DNA of 64,000 bases from Tubiluchus corallicola. Its lineage: Eukaryota; Animalia; Priapulida. The stretch is taken from NCBI GenBank assembly GCA_030141605.1, contig JAQGDQ010000216.1, positions 62,001 through 126,000 of the forward strand, given 5' to 3'. Both the position numbers and the translations under genes were made by a program. Under the pieces are notes generated by a model. It searched no databases. It saw nothing but the letters and a program-made list of their open reading frames with translations, and was not told where the DNA came from. Positions 10,305-20,445 of the stretch are shown in pieces (within the stretch, counting starts at the first letter, position 1; each line of letters opens with the position of its first letter).

Positions 10305-10412
10305 GTTTCATTAAAAACATTAAAAGTGTCGATTGAGGTCGACAAAATAGTATTAAAAATGTCGAATCAAAACGACAATATTGAAGTGTTATTCAAACTT
10401 TAGGATAACATT

Positions 10413-11546
10413 TTAAATTGAAGATTTCAATGGTTCAATATTAAGAAAATACCTTGTACTTTTTAATATACCGGTTTTAATCAATATTTGTTTGTTGATT
10501 AAATCCTGTAAATCTCTAGTGGCGGTTGAGGCAGAAGCTTTGGCTATCGTTTGGTAGTTGTTAGCGCTTAATCCTCCTTTAAAACCTTTATATCCTGCAT
10601 CAAAAAGTCGTTTTACAACTTTTAATTGACGTTCATTTAGTTGAGATGAGAAACGGTCAAAAAATCGGGTTTTTTCTATCAAAAAATCTATATGCTTTAA
10701 TGTATGTTCCTGTGCTTCAAGAATCGTTTTTGAGAAATATACAAGCCAATCAGTAATTTCAAGTGTGGTATTACTTTTCTCAAGAAAAGCATAGTAGCTC
10801 TTTTTATTGGCATCAATAGTGGAAGAAAGTGAAATTAATGATGGTCGTAAAGTGCTTTGTGCTATCGACTTCTCTGCAATTGCCCTTCCGATTCTACCGT
10901 TGCCGTCTTCAAAAGGGTGTATGCATACAAAATAGAGGTGAGCTATACCAGCCTTTGTTAAGGGTAAAAGCTTTTGATTGGCATCTTCTTGATGTATTTG
11001 ATTGAACCAGGAAACAAATTTTTCCATTTCATCAGGTACAACTTTAGATGGTGGCGCTTCAAAATGGACTTTAGGAAGGTCCAGTCTTCCCGAAACAACC
11101 TGCATCGGATCTTCATGCGTACGATAACAACCAATATCTTTTATGTCTCGCCTGCCATTAGTTATCATTTTGTGCCACGAAAAAAGCTGTTCGTGGGTTA
11201 AGGTCTTGTTATAATTGAGATACAAATCAACCATCATCTCGGAGATACCAAATTCTGCCGGTGGGATTTTTCTTTTTTCAACAGTCAGTCCGAGATTTTT
11301 CTTTATAGATGACTGTACACTGTCGCGGTTAAGATATTCTCCTTCAATTTCCGATGTTTTTATAGCCTCATCACTAAGAACTTCTACCAGAAAATTATCT
11401 TTTGATTCTTCCTGAACGTGCTTTAGTACGCCAAAGACGGTACCACTATTCTCAGAAAACTGGTATTCCAATGCTTCCAGTGCCTTAGCATCATAAGAAA
11501 ATTGTGGCCAATCTTTAAGCATCCAATTCCAGACATTATAAGCCAT
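10413..11546 (-). CDS. Fic-family protein (N-terminal DUF4172-like region, C-terminal HTH)
   Basis: HPFEDGNGRIGR Fic motif; TSEIEGE; SASTATRDLQDL HTH. Confidence 0.92.
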   Translation of the reverse strand: MAYNVWNWMLKDWPQFSYDAKALEALEYQFSENSGTVFGVLKHVQEESKDNFLVEVLSDEAIKTSEIEGEYLNRDSVQSSIKKNLGLTVEKRKIPPAEFGISEMMVDLYLNYNKTLTHEQLFSWHKMITNGRRDIKDIGCYRTHEDPMQVVSGRLDLPKVHFEAPPSKVVPDEMEKFVSWFNQIHQEDANQKLLPLTKAGIAHLYFVCIHPFEDGNGRIGRAIAEKSIAQSTLRPSLISLSSTIDANKKSYYAFLEKSNTTLEITDWLVYFSKTILEAQEHTLKHIDFLIEKTRFFDRFSSQLNERQLKVVKRLFDAGYKGFKGGLSANNYQTIAKASASTATRDLQDLINKQILIKTGILKSTRYFLNIEPLKSSI

Positions 11547-11616
11547 GGGCTATAAACTTTACGGTTATAGCCCGAATATAGCAAAAATGTGGGCTATAAG
11601 TATGTGTTTATAGCTC
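11547..11616. promoter_or_regulatory. Two palindromic operator-like sites directly upstream of the Fic start
   Basis: GGGCTATAA-N9-TTATAGCCC and GGGCTATAA-N8-TTATAGCTC, 44 bp apart. Confidence 0.6.
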
Positions 11617-11633
11617 ATTTCTTGAATTAGGAT

Positions 11634-11745
11634 TGGAAAACTAAAATGTATTTGCTCAAAATGCCTTGGAAAACTAAAATCAATTTACTCAAAATGCTTT
11701 GTAAAACTAAATTTATTGATATATGTTTGCTTTGTAAAACTAAAA
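11634..11745 (+). repeat. Four direct repeats TG(G/T)AAAACTAAA with exact 33-bp period, overlapping a sigma-A promoter
   Basis: Units start at 11634, 11667, 11700, 11733; TTTG 11698-11701, then 20 nt, then TATGTTTG 11722-11729. Confidence 0.78.
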
Positions 11746-11748
11746 GAA

Positions 11749-13056
11749 ATGCACAGATACATTATTTCAGAGTTAAAGGATTGGAGGATAAAAAAAAGGC
11801 GTAAGCCTTTGATGCTAAGGGGAGCACGACAAGTTGGAAAAACATGGTTGGTTGAAAAATTAGCAAAGGAAGAGTTTGAATCGTTTATAAAAATAGATTT
11901 TGAAGAAAGTGTTGAACTGATTTCGTTGTTTAAAGGAGACTTAGATCCTCAAAAGATTTGTGCTGAATTAGAGTTAAGAACAGGAATTGATATTGTTTCA
12001 GGAAACACCTTAATTTTTATTGATGAAATTCAGATATGCCCGGAGGCAATTATGGCTCTTCGATATTTTTATGAAAAAATGCCTGAACTACATGTAGTTG
12101 CTGCAGGCTCTTTATTGGAGTTCGCTTTAAGCGAAATATCTTTCCCTGTTGGAAGAATCCAGTCTTTAGAAATTAATCCCATGAATTTTGCTGAGTTTTT
12201 ATTGGCACTTGGAAATAAAAAGGCTGCTGAAATTTGTAATGGGCCAATGGTTGATGTTTCGGAAAGCACACATAGGTTCTTAATCGAGCAGTTACGTATT
12301 TATTGGCTTGTTGGAGGAATGCCGGAATGTGTGAAAGAGTACGTAGAGACTAAATCCATTAAGCAGGCAGCAGAGGTCCAGGATGAGATATGTGAAACTT
12401 ACCAGTTAGATTTTGGAAAATACAAACCCAAGACTAATGTCAATTGTTTAGCAACTGTTTTTAAAGGAGTTGCTGCCGGTGTAGGGCAACAACTAAAATA
12501 TACCAGACTTGCCAAGGATTATACTATCCCGACCATAAAAAAGGCATTTCATAGTCTGACATTGGCTCGAATTGCTCGGAAGGTAAAGTCAGTTGCTGTT
12601 CCAGGTATTCCTATAGAAGTACACGCATCGGATAAAAAATTCAAGAGTCTGTTTTTGGATATAGGATTAATGAACCGGGTAATGGGACTGGATTATAATG
12701 AATCATTAAGTCATAAGAATTTACTGTCTATATACCGAGGACAACTTGCAGAGCAGTTTATTGGGCAGGAATTTGCAGCAGCAATACGGAAACAACTCTA
12801 CTATTGGTCGAGGGATGCAAAAAACAGCAATGCTGAAATTGATTATCTAATTCAATACGAAGGCGGCTTTATTCCGGTTGAAGTAAAGGATGGCCCTTCA
12901 GGAAAACTTCGCAGTTTGCATATATATAGAGAAAACTATAACCCATCATTTTCGGTTGTATTTCATGCAGGGATGAAAAGCATTCTGGAAGAAGAGAGTG
13001 TTATATTTTTACCTCTATATTTTGTAACATCATTTGCAAAGTATGGTTTTGAATAA
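11749..13056 (+). CDS. AAA+ ATPase (AAA_14) with DUF4143 / PD-(D/E)XK-like C-terminus
   Basis: GARQVGKT Walker A, FIDEIQ Walker B, AAGSLL, AEIDYL...PVEVK; start at ATG 11749. Confidence 0.9.
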   Translation: MHRYIISELKDWRIKKRRKPLMLRGARQVGKTWLVEKLAKEEFESFIKIDFEESVELISLFKGDLDPQKICAELELRTGIDIVSGNTLIFIDEIQICPEAIMALRYFYEKMPELHVVAAGSLLEFALSEISFPVGRIQSLEINPMNFAEFLLALGNKKAAEICNGPMVDVSESTHRFLIEQLRIYWLVGGMPECVKEYVETKSIKQAAEVQDEICETYQLDFGKYKPKTNVNCLATVFKGVAAGVGQQLKYTRLAKDYTIPTIKKAFHSLTLARIARKVKSVAVPGIPIEVHASDKKFKSLFLDIGLMNRVMGLDYNESLSHKNLLSIYRGQLAEQFIGQEFAAAIRKQLYYWSRDAKNSNAEIDYLIQYEGGFIPVEVKDGPSGKLRSLHIYRENYNPSFSVVFHAGMKSILEEESVIFLPLYFVTSFAKYGFE

Positions 13057-13293
13057 GAGTACATAATTTTTATTTTTAAGGTCTAAGGTGCTAAAAATGA
13101 GCCAGTGAGAGGCTAAAAGCGAAGCCTTTCGACTTGTTGAGGAGATAAAACGATGACAGTGAGCATTTTACAAAGTTAATTCTATTTCCACTCCTGGCAC
13201 AGCAATCCCGATAGCTCTCTGATAGCAAGTGGGGTTTATGGTATTTATATGTGGCAAGGGCCAAGCAGTCTCGGTCCTTGCATGGTGAAGGTG

Positions 13294-13404
13294 TTACTCT
13301 ATAAGCAGATGCCTTTTGATTATTTCATCTTCGGTGATTATGTGTATATAATATGCGCCGGGCACCAGGTCTAACGATGTTGCAGTCTGCTTTCTATACC
13401 GAAT
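13294..13404 (-). pseudogene. Remnant of a type IX secretion C-terminal sorting domain
   Basis: ...SLDLVPGAYYIHIITEDEIIKRHLLIE* resembles the L..G.Y....k..i.* CTD pattern; an in-frame stop lies just upstream. Confidence 0.45.
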
Positions 13405-13625
13405 CTAGTTCTTCTATTGCCTCAACTGGATTTTATCAACGCAGGTGTCAAATGGGGTGTATTTGCCTTGTATGCTTGTAAAGCGCTTTTGCTTTTTCCG
13501 AACAGTAATGCTGTTTTTTACGTGGGAGTTGCTTGTGTATTGTGTGTGTTGTGCGTATTTTAGGGCAGAGTTTTGTGCCTGCTATAGAGGTGGGTGAAAT
13601 TTAGACATAGATTTATTTATAGTTT

Positions 13626-15064
13626 ATGAGGAGTGTAATATTTTTCTGTTTGTTTTGTTCGTTTGCGTAGTGGGTGCCTGCTCCCAAAAGAGAGATGTCC
13701 CCAACGTTCTGTTTATCATATCTGATGATTTGACTGTTACTGCTGTTTCGTCTTATGAAAACGGAGTTTGTAGGACGCCCAATATAGATAGGCTGGCTTC
13801 CGAGGGTGTTCGCTTTACACGTGCCTATTGCCAGTTTCCTGTATGTGGTCCCTCGAGGGCTTCATTTTTGTCCGGCTATTATCCTACTGCAACAGGGGCG
13901 TACGGTTATGTTAGTGGGCGTGACAACATAGGGGCTGATAGAAAGACCTGGCCTCAGCTGTTTAAGGATAGTGGGTATTATACTGCTCGTGTGAGCAAAA
14001 TTTTCCATATGGGTGTTCCCATAGATATAGAGAATGGTTCAGACGGGACGGACGACCCTGCTTCGTGGGTTGAGCGTTTTAATAGTAAGGGTCCTGAGTG
14101 GAGAGCGGTGGGTGAGGGCGAGCTTGTTCAGGGCAACCCTGACGGCACCCTTCCCGTGCGTGGCGGTAATGTTATGACTATTGTAAAGGCGGATGGGGGC
14201 GACCTTGTTCACTCTGATGGCAAGACGGCAGAGACCGCCTCCAGGTTGATCCGTAAGCACAAGGATACTCCGTTTTTTCTGGCGGTTGGTTTTGTCAGGC
14301 CTCACGTTCCTTTTGTTGCTCCCAGATCTTATTTTGATCCTTACCCCTATGCAGATATCGTTTTGCCGGAGAAGGTTGAAGGGGACTGGGATGATATTCC
14401 CCGGCGGGGGATTAATTATGTAACATCTGTAAATGCGAAGATGAGTATTGAGCAGCAGCAGAAAGCTATTGCCGCTTACTATGCTTCTGTCTCTTATATG
14501 GATGCGCAGGTAGGTAAGGTTTTAAACACTTTAAGGGAGGAGGGGCTAGAAGATAATACTATTGTTATTTTCACATCGGACCATGGGTTTCACCTGGGGG
14601 AACATGACTTCTGGATGAAGGTTAGCCTTCTGGAGGAGTCTGTGAAGATCCCTTTGATAATAAAGGTTCCCGGGAAAAAGCCTGCTGTTTGTAACTCATT
14701 TGTTGAGCTGATAGATCTTTACCCCACCATAGCTGAGCTTGCGGGACTCTCTTACTCGGAGCATATTCAGGGTAAGAGTTTGGCGGGTATGCTGGATGAT
14801 CCTGAGAGTGAGGTAAGGGATATGGTGTTTGCTGTTTCACAGGGGGGACGGAGTTTTCTTTTGCGCATGGATAAGTGGGCCTATATACAGTACGATGAGG
14901 ATGCGGGTTCGGGTATGCAGTTATTTGATATGGAAAATGATCCAAAGCAGTATGTTAATTTGGCTTATAATCCGGACTTCCAGGAAGTGGTTGGTTATTT
15001 TCAGGAGAGGCTGAGAGATAAGCTGGCAGATGTGAGGAGGAACGACATCAGGGGGGATAGATAG
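13626..15064 (+). CDS. Cys-type S1 sulfatase lipoprotein (iduronate-sulfatase-like), signal peptide frameshifted at T5 13641-13645
   Basis: FIISDDL, CGPSR, FVRPHVP, FTSDHG; ATG 13626 is out of frame, and one extra T gives MRSVIFFLFVLFVCVVGA-C. Confidence 0.85.
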
Positions 15065-15115
15065 GCCTTTGCAAAACTTTATTTTCACCAAAATATTTCT
15101 CTCAGCAAAGGTCTC
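15062..15115. mobile_element. Internally deleted IS5-type MITE copy
   Basis: AGGCCTTTGCAAAA ... CCAAAATATTT ... GCAAAGGTCTC. Confidence 0.6.
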
Positions 15116-15121
15116 AAAGTG

Positions 15122-15297
15122 TCAGTTTCCGGAATATTGGGGTATTCGATGTAAAAGTAATCTTCATTAAAGCTCTCCTCAAAGTATTAAACATCTTTCA
15201 GATGCTCCGGTACCCAAAATACGGGAGTAGTGAAGTTGTCCTGATCCGGTTTTGTCGGAGTAAGGAACGACTTGTTACTGTAATCAGTCCGGCCTTC
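15122..15297 (-). pseudogene. Deleted remnant of a paralog of the SusD gene at 18612-20426 (3' end)
   Basis: 15122-15247 aligns with 18612-18750, then jumps to sequence aligning with 19030 onward. Confidence 0.8.
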
Positions 15298-15648
15298 TCA
15301 TCTGAACAGCTGCATCGAACCTGTGATGGGCTTTTGAACCTGGCCAGGAAGAGCGATCCGGATGAGTTGAATTGGGCCAAGCATGTATGACTGCTTTGAA
15401 AAATGATATCTACTCCTGGAAGTTCATCTCTAGCATCCCCGAAAACAGAATGGCTCAACACCAGGCAACTTTCGTATAACAGTCTCTACCTTTTTATGAG
15501 AATACCCGGGATGCCGGATATTACAAATAATCCTGTGTATTAATTTTAAGTAAAACGACAATGAAACAAGCTGAAAGTCGATTTAAAGCCCTTTGTCTAC
15601 ATGGAATGAATCAATGCTGGCAATCAGTTGTTGGTAATTCGATAAATA

Positions 15649-16987
15649 AGCACTATCTCATAAACTGTGTAAATAGAAAATGCCGAGGGTTGCAACCCTC
15701 GGCATTTTTTTGTTTAATTTTAAAACTTTAGACAGTAATGAAAAAAGAAGATTTATTAAATGATGATTTCCTTGAACAATTTAATTCAGGGGAAGAGCTC
15801 AATGGTTTTTTACAAGAGCTCCAAAAACGAGGCATTGAAAAGATGCTTGAAGGAGAACTCGATGGTCATTTAGGCTATGATAAGAATCAAAAATCGGATA
15901 ATCAGAATGCCCGCAATGGCTATTCAGAGAAGAGAGTCCGAACCACTCTGGGAGAATCCAACATTCAGGTTCCCCGAGACCGTGATTCTTCGTTTAATCC
16001 GATGATTGTACCCAAAGGAGGGAACATGGTCGATGGCTTAGAGAATATCATTGTTTCGTTTTATGCTAAAGGAATGAGTAATAGCGATATTGAAGAGCAA
16101 ATTCGGGAGCTATACGGTTTTGAAGTTTCTACATCCACCATATCAAGGATTACCGATTCAGTCACCAACGACATTGTAGCGTGGCAGAACCGACCTCTGG
16201 AAACTGTATACCTAATTGTTTGGATGGATGGCATTGTATTTAAAGTGCGGGAGAACTCTAAGGTCGTCAACAAAACCGTTTACATTGCCGTAGGACTTCG
16301 CAGAGATGGGAAAAAAGAGGTTCTTGGCTTATGGTTGGGCAAGAGTGAGTCCGCTGCCTTTTGGATGAACGTACTTACCGATATGAAAGCCCGTGGAGTT
16401 AACGATATCCTGATTACGGCAACAGATAACTTGAATGGTTTTACAGATACTATCCGAACTGTTTTCCCTGAATCTAAAACACAAATATGTGTTGTTCATC
16501 AAATCCGTAACGCAAGCAGATACGTGGTTTGGAAAGATAAAAAGGCATTTACAAAAGATATGAAGCAAATCTTATAACGCCCCTACAAAAGAGGCTGCAA
16601 AAGCAGCTTTAGAAGATTTTGCAGCAGCTTGGGAGGATAAATACTCTTACGCAATTAAAAGCTGGCGAGACAACTGGGAAGACCTAACAGTATTCTTTGA
16701 GTTTCCGCTGGAAATCAGAAAGATAATTTATACAACCAACCTGATTGAGAATCTCAACGGAAAAATCAGAAAATACACAAAAAACAAACTTTCATTCCCG
16801 TCAGACCAGGCTGTAATGAAATCTGTATTTTTGGCAACCAGAGAAGCAACTAAAAAATGGTCAATGCCAATCAGAAACTGGGGCATTGTCTTGAATCAGT
16901 TCTTAGTTATATTTGAAAAAAGGGTCCAGCTATAAATAGCCAAACCCTCGGTATTTTTTTAGTTTACACACTTTGTGAAACAGTGTC
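15649..16987 (+). mobile_element. IS256-family element, copy 1
   Basis: Imperfect TIRs AGCACTATCTCATAAACTGTGTAAA / TTTACACACTTTGTGAAACAGTGTC; 8-bp TSD GATAAATA (15641-15648, 16988-16995). Confidence 0.93.
15738..16935 (+). pseudogene. IS256 transposase with +1 frameshift near 16572
   Basis: RNGY, PRDR, WQNRPL, DGI, QICVVH; CAAATCTTATAAC here versus CAAATCTATAAC in copy 2. Confidence 0.9.
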
Positions 16988-16996
16988 GATAAATAC

Positions 16997-17029
16997 AAAA
17001 GAGGCTATCCCCTTTTGAGACAGCCCCTC
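16997..17029 (-). terminator. Terminator-like hairpin for the LRR gene
   Basis: AAAA-GAGGCTATC...GACAGCCCCT, 28 bp past the stop codon. Confidence 0.5.
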
Positions 17030-17056
17030 TATTACTTATGAGCAATTTCTCTTTAT

Positions 17057-18477
17057 TTAAAAAGAAGACTCTGTACATTCATCTATAATATCATCTACAG
17101 AGGGATTGAGTTTGTTGTCTTTAATAGATACATCCCCTTCTCCCTCTAAGTAACTTTTAAGGGCACAATATTTTTCCAGCGCACTATTCTTGTGGATATT
17201 AAAACTTCCTCCTACAGAAGTAAGGTTTTCTAATCCATCTAAGCTTTCTAAAGAGGTGTTTTCTGTTATGTTAAAACCTCCTTCCACAGAAGCAAGATTT
17301 TCCAGTCCTGTTAAATTTTTCAAAGAACTATTTTCTGTAATAGTAATATTTCCTTCAAAGTTTCCTTCGTTAGAAATAAGAGCTCCTAATCCTTCCAAAC
17401 TTTCTAATGAACCATTTTTTGTAATGGCAATCTCTCCTCCTATAGAAACATTTTTTAAACTCTCTAAACTATTCAAAGAGCTATTTTCTGTAACGATGAA
17501 ATCTCCCCCTACAGAAGTAAGGCTTTCCAAACCCTCTAAGCCGCCTAAGGCACTATTTTTTAGGATGTTAAAACTTGCCTTTACAGAGTCAAGACTATTT
17601 AGTCCTGTTAGATCTGTCAAAGAGTTATTTTCTGCAACGATGAAATCTCCTCCTACAGAAGTAAGGTTTTCCAAACCCTCTAAGCCGCCTAAGGCACTAT
17701 TTTTTAGGATGTTAAAACTTGCCTTTACAGAGTCAAGACTATTTAGTCCTGTTAGATCTGTCAAAGAGTTATTTTCTGCAACGATGAAACTTCCTCCTAC
17801 AGAAGTAAGGTTTTCTAATCCATCTAAGCTTTCTAAAGAGGTGTTTTCTGTTATGTTAAAACCTCCTTCCACAGAAGCAAGATTTTCCAGTCCTGTTAAA
17901 TTTTTCAAAGAACTATTTTCTGTAATAGTAATATTTCCTTCAAAGTTTCCTTCGTTAGAAATAAGAGCTCCTAATCCTTCCAAACTTTCTAATGAACCAT
18001 TTTTTGTAATGGCAATCTCTCCTCCTATAGAAACATTTTTTAAACTCTCTAAACTATTCAGAGAGCTATTTTCTGCAACAATGAAATCCCCTTCTATAGA
18101 GGTAAGATTTTCCAAGTCTTCCAAGCTCTCTAGGGAGTTGTTTATTAGAATGTTAAGATGTGCTCCCACAGAAGCAAGATTTTCCAATCCCGTTAAATTT
18201 TTCAAAGAGCTATTTCCTGTAATATTAATGGTTCCTTCTACAGACTTAACCATTTGTAGTGGCGTTAGATCCGTAATGTCAGTGCCAGTAATGTATAAGT
18301 TCCCTTTTAGCTCTTCACATCCTATATTTTTAAAATTATCTACATCTTTCTGGCTTCTCAAGGCTACATCTTTACACCTTAGCTCTATTGGCTCTTCATT
18401 TTTATCTTTTTTGCAGGTTACTATAAGGGCAGAAAAATAAGCAGTATTATCAGTTCTTTTTTTTGTAAAATTTTCAT
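17057..18477 (-). CDS. Leucine-rich-repeat (receptor-L-domain-like) surface lipoprotein, signal peptide frameshifted at 18433-18437
   Basis: ~24-aa repeats NxSLxxLxGLENLTSVGG; ATG 18477 plus one T gives MKILQKKELIILLIFSALIVT-CKKD. Confidence 0.8.
17200..18085. repeat. Near-identical intragenic duplications (A-B-B-A) in the LRR gene
   Basis: Block at 17221 recurs at 17806 (offset 585); inner tandem unit of 144 bp. Confidence 0.85.
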
Positions 18478-18561
18478 AACATATTTTTTTATTTCAAAAT
18501 ACGAAATCTAAACTATTCATAAGTAAAGATAAAAAACACATATAGCGATAAATATAAAATA

Positions 18562-18605
18562 GAGACCTTTGCAAAGGTTCATCTTTTCATCTCAGCAAAG
18601 GTCTC
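18562..18605. mobile_element. Minimal (44-bp) IS5-type MITE copy
   Basis: GAGACCTTTGCAAAG-GTTCATCTTTT...GCAAAGGTCTC. Confidence 0.65.
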
Positions 18606-18611
18606 AAAGTG

Positions 18612-20426
18612 TCAGTTTCCGGAATATGTTCCCGGAATACTTGGGTATTCGATATAAAAGTAATCTTCATTAAAACTATCTTCGTAGTATGAAACACCTT
18701 TCAGATGCTCCGGCACCCAAAATACAGGAGTAGTGAAGTTATCCTGATCCATTACCTTCAGTACTTCATCGGGATTTGTGGCATACTCTTTCCCGGGATA
18801 TGGGTATCGCTCAACATGAGGACTTACAATAAGATCATCGCTGACCTTAATGAGTGGTAGCTTGGGATGCCTTGTTCTTCTTAGCTCACAATGCACTTCA
18901 AGGTAGTCATGTATGTTTAGGTGAATATACTTTTGCCACATTATCATCGACATCCTCTCCTCATCGCCTGCTGCACTATTATACTCATCGGCTATTGAGG
19001 ATGCAAACTGGTCTATAACACTCTGGTCCGGTTTTGTAGGAGTAAGGAATGACTTGTTGTTGTTATCAATCTGGCCTTCCCACATTGCAAAGCTATTTAC
19101 GTAGTACCAGTAATTTGTTGAGCTTATTATTCCGTCTTTAAGGTGCTCTGCAGCCGATTTCCCTGTATTCCCCAGCCCCTTCATTGCAACTTCGGCAAGT
19201 AGAAGGTCAACCTCTGCACGGGTAAATGCGCGCCAGGGTGCCTGGTTTCTTACCATGGTAGTGGGGCTCCAAACTGAGCATGCGTTACGCTTCATATATG
19301 GGTCTATGCTGTTAAAGCCGCTATTAGTGAATACACCCTCAAAGTTATGCTCTCTGATATTACGAGCTTTTATGGAGTCATATATTACATCTCCAACGCT
19401 AAAGTCAAGCGAAACGGGCATATATAGCGTATCTCTGTTTGGGAGAAATAGTACGGGGAGCCTTGGGTCATCGGTTCCCTCAGTGTAGTGGTGGTCCATA
19501 TCACGATCCAGCTTGTACATTAAAGCGGGGGATACAAAGATTAAAAAGCTTCGCTCTCTGAATCCCTGCTTCCATTGAGTTCCCTGCTTGGAGACCCAGT
19601 CTCTTGCTGCAATCATAAGGTCTTCTGTCGGAAGGTTGCCCTTGCTTAATATTTCACTGATAACTTCCTTGGCATAATCCTCCTGAACACCTGACAGACG
19701 TACTGCCATCCTGAGGCGAACCGCATTTGCAAATTGCTGCCACTTATTGATATCACCATCAAAGATTACATCCTGCTCCTTAAAAACACGTTTCCCATCA
19801 GATGACAGGTTGGCTTCCTGTTGAACAGCCAAATCGGCATAGGTGTCGAGATCGTGAATAATAGTTTTATAGATATCCAATGGATTATCATACTTAGGGA
19901 AGTACAGCCCTTCATGTGCTTTTAGCGCCTCCGAGTATGGAATACTGTTAAGCAGGTCAACAGCTTTTGACGCACGATATCCCCTGACCATTTTAGAGAG
20001 GGTTACATAGATTTCATTATTAGCTTTTTCAGCATCAGGCATACTTGCAACTCTTTCTTCCATTAATGGGAGCTCGCGAAAATCGAAATTTGGTCCGTTG
20101 AAATAGGTATCAATGTTGTTGATTTTGTTATAAGTACTGGGGCTGTTAATCCCATCAAATGAGTTTTTATATCCAGAGTAAAGAAAATATGATGTGAGCT
20201 GAGTGTGCCCAATTATACCACTACGTAATATATGGTGCCAGGACTCATTGTATATGTTTATAAAAGTTTGTCGCCTGGTCATCATTGATGTGAACATCCC
20301 AGCCGGAATATCGCTGGTGGGGGTATATACTCCGGGATTGATAAAATCCTTCGCCAGTTCATCCTGGCATCTTGGAAAGATGAACAGGCTGGCGATAAGT
20401 AGTAGTGTTATATTTTTTTTCTTCAT
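18612..20426 (-). CDS. SusD/RagB-family lipoprotein
   Basis: Lipobox-like signal (IFPR-C), IPYSEAL, PKYD, KWQQFANAVRLRMAVRL, DPRL, ELRRT; downstream of SusC. Confidence 0.92.
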   Translation of the reverse strand: MKKKNITLLLIASLFIFPRCQDELAKDFINPGVYTPTSDIPAGMFTSMMTRRQTFINIYNESWHHILRSGIIGHTQLTSYFLYSGYKNSFDGINSPSTYNKINNIDTYFNGPNFDFRELPLMEERVASMPDAEKANNEIYVTLSKMVRGYRASKAVDLLNSIPYSEALKAHEGLYFPKYDNPLDIYKTIIHDLDTYADLAVQQEANLSSDGKRVFKEQDVIFDGDINKWQQFANAVRLRMAVRLSGVQEDYAKEVISEILSKGNLPTEDLMIAARDWVSKQGTQWKQGFRERSFLIFVSPALMYKLDRDMDHHYTEGTDDPRLPVLFLPNRDTLYMPVSLDFSVGDVIYDSIKARNIREHNFEGVFTNSGFNSIDPYMKRNACSVWSPTTMVRNQAPWRAFTRAEVDLLLAEVAMKGLGNTGKSAAEHLKDGIISSTNYWYYVNSFAMWEGQIDNNNKSFLTPTKPDQSVIDQFASSIADEYNSAAGDEERMSMIMWQKYIHLNIHDYLEVHCELRRTRHPKLPLIKVSDDLIVSPHVERYPYPGKEYATNPDEVLKVMDQDNFTTPVFWVPEHLKGVSYYEDSFNEDYFYIEYPSIPGTYSGN

Positions 20427-20445
20427 TGCTATATTTTTTGAATAT

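Noticed and set aside
11634-11745. Possible mini-CRISPR array
   Set aside because: Repeats are ~12 bp, spacers are short and partly similar, and there are no cas genes
17190-18440. 416-aa plus-strand ORF antisense to the LRR gene
   Set aside because: Shadow of a repetitive gene; stop-free units are propagated by duplication and there is no plausible start or domain
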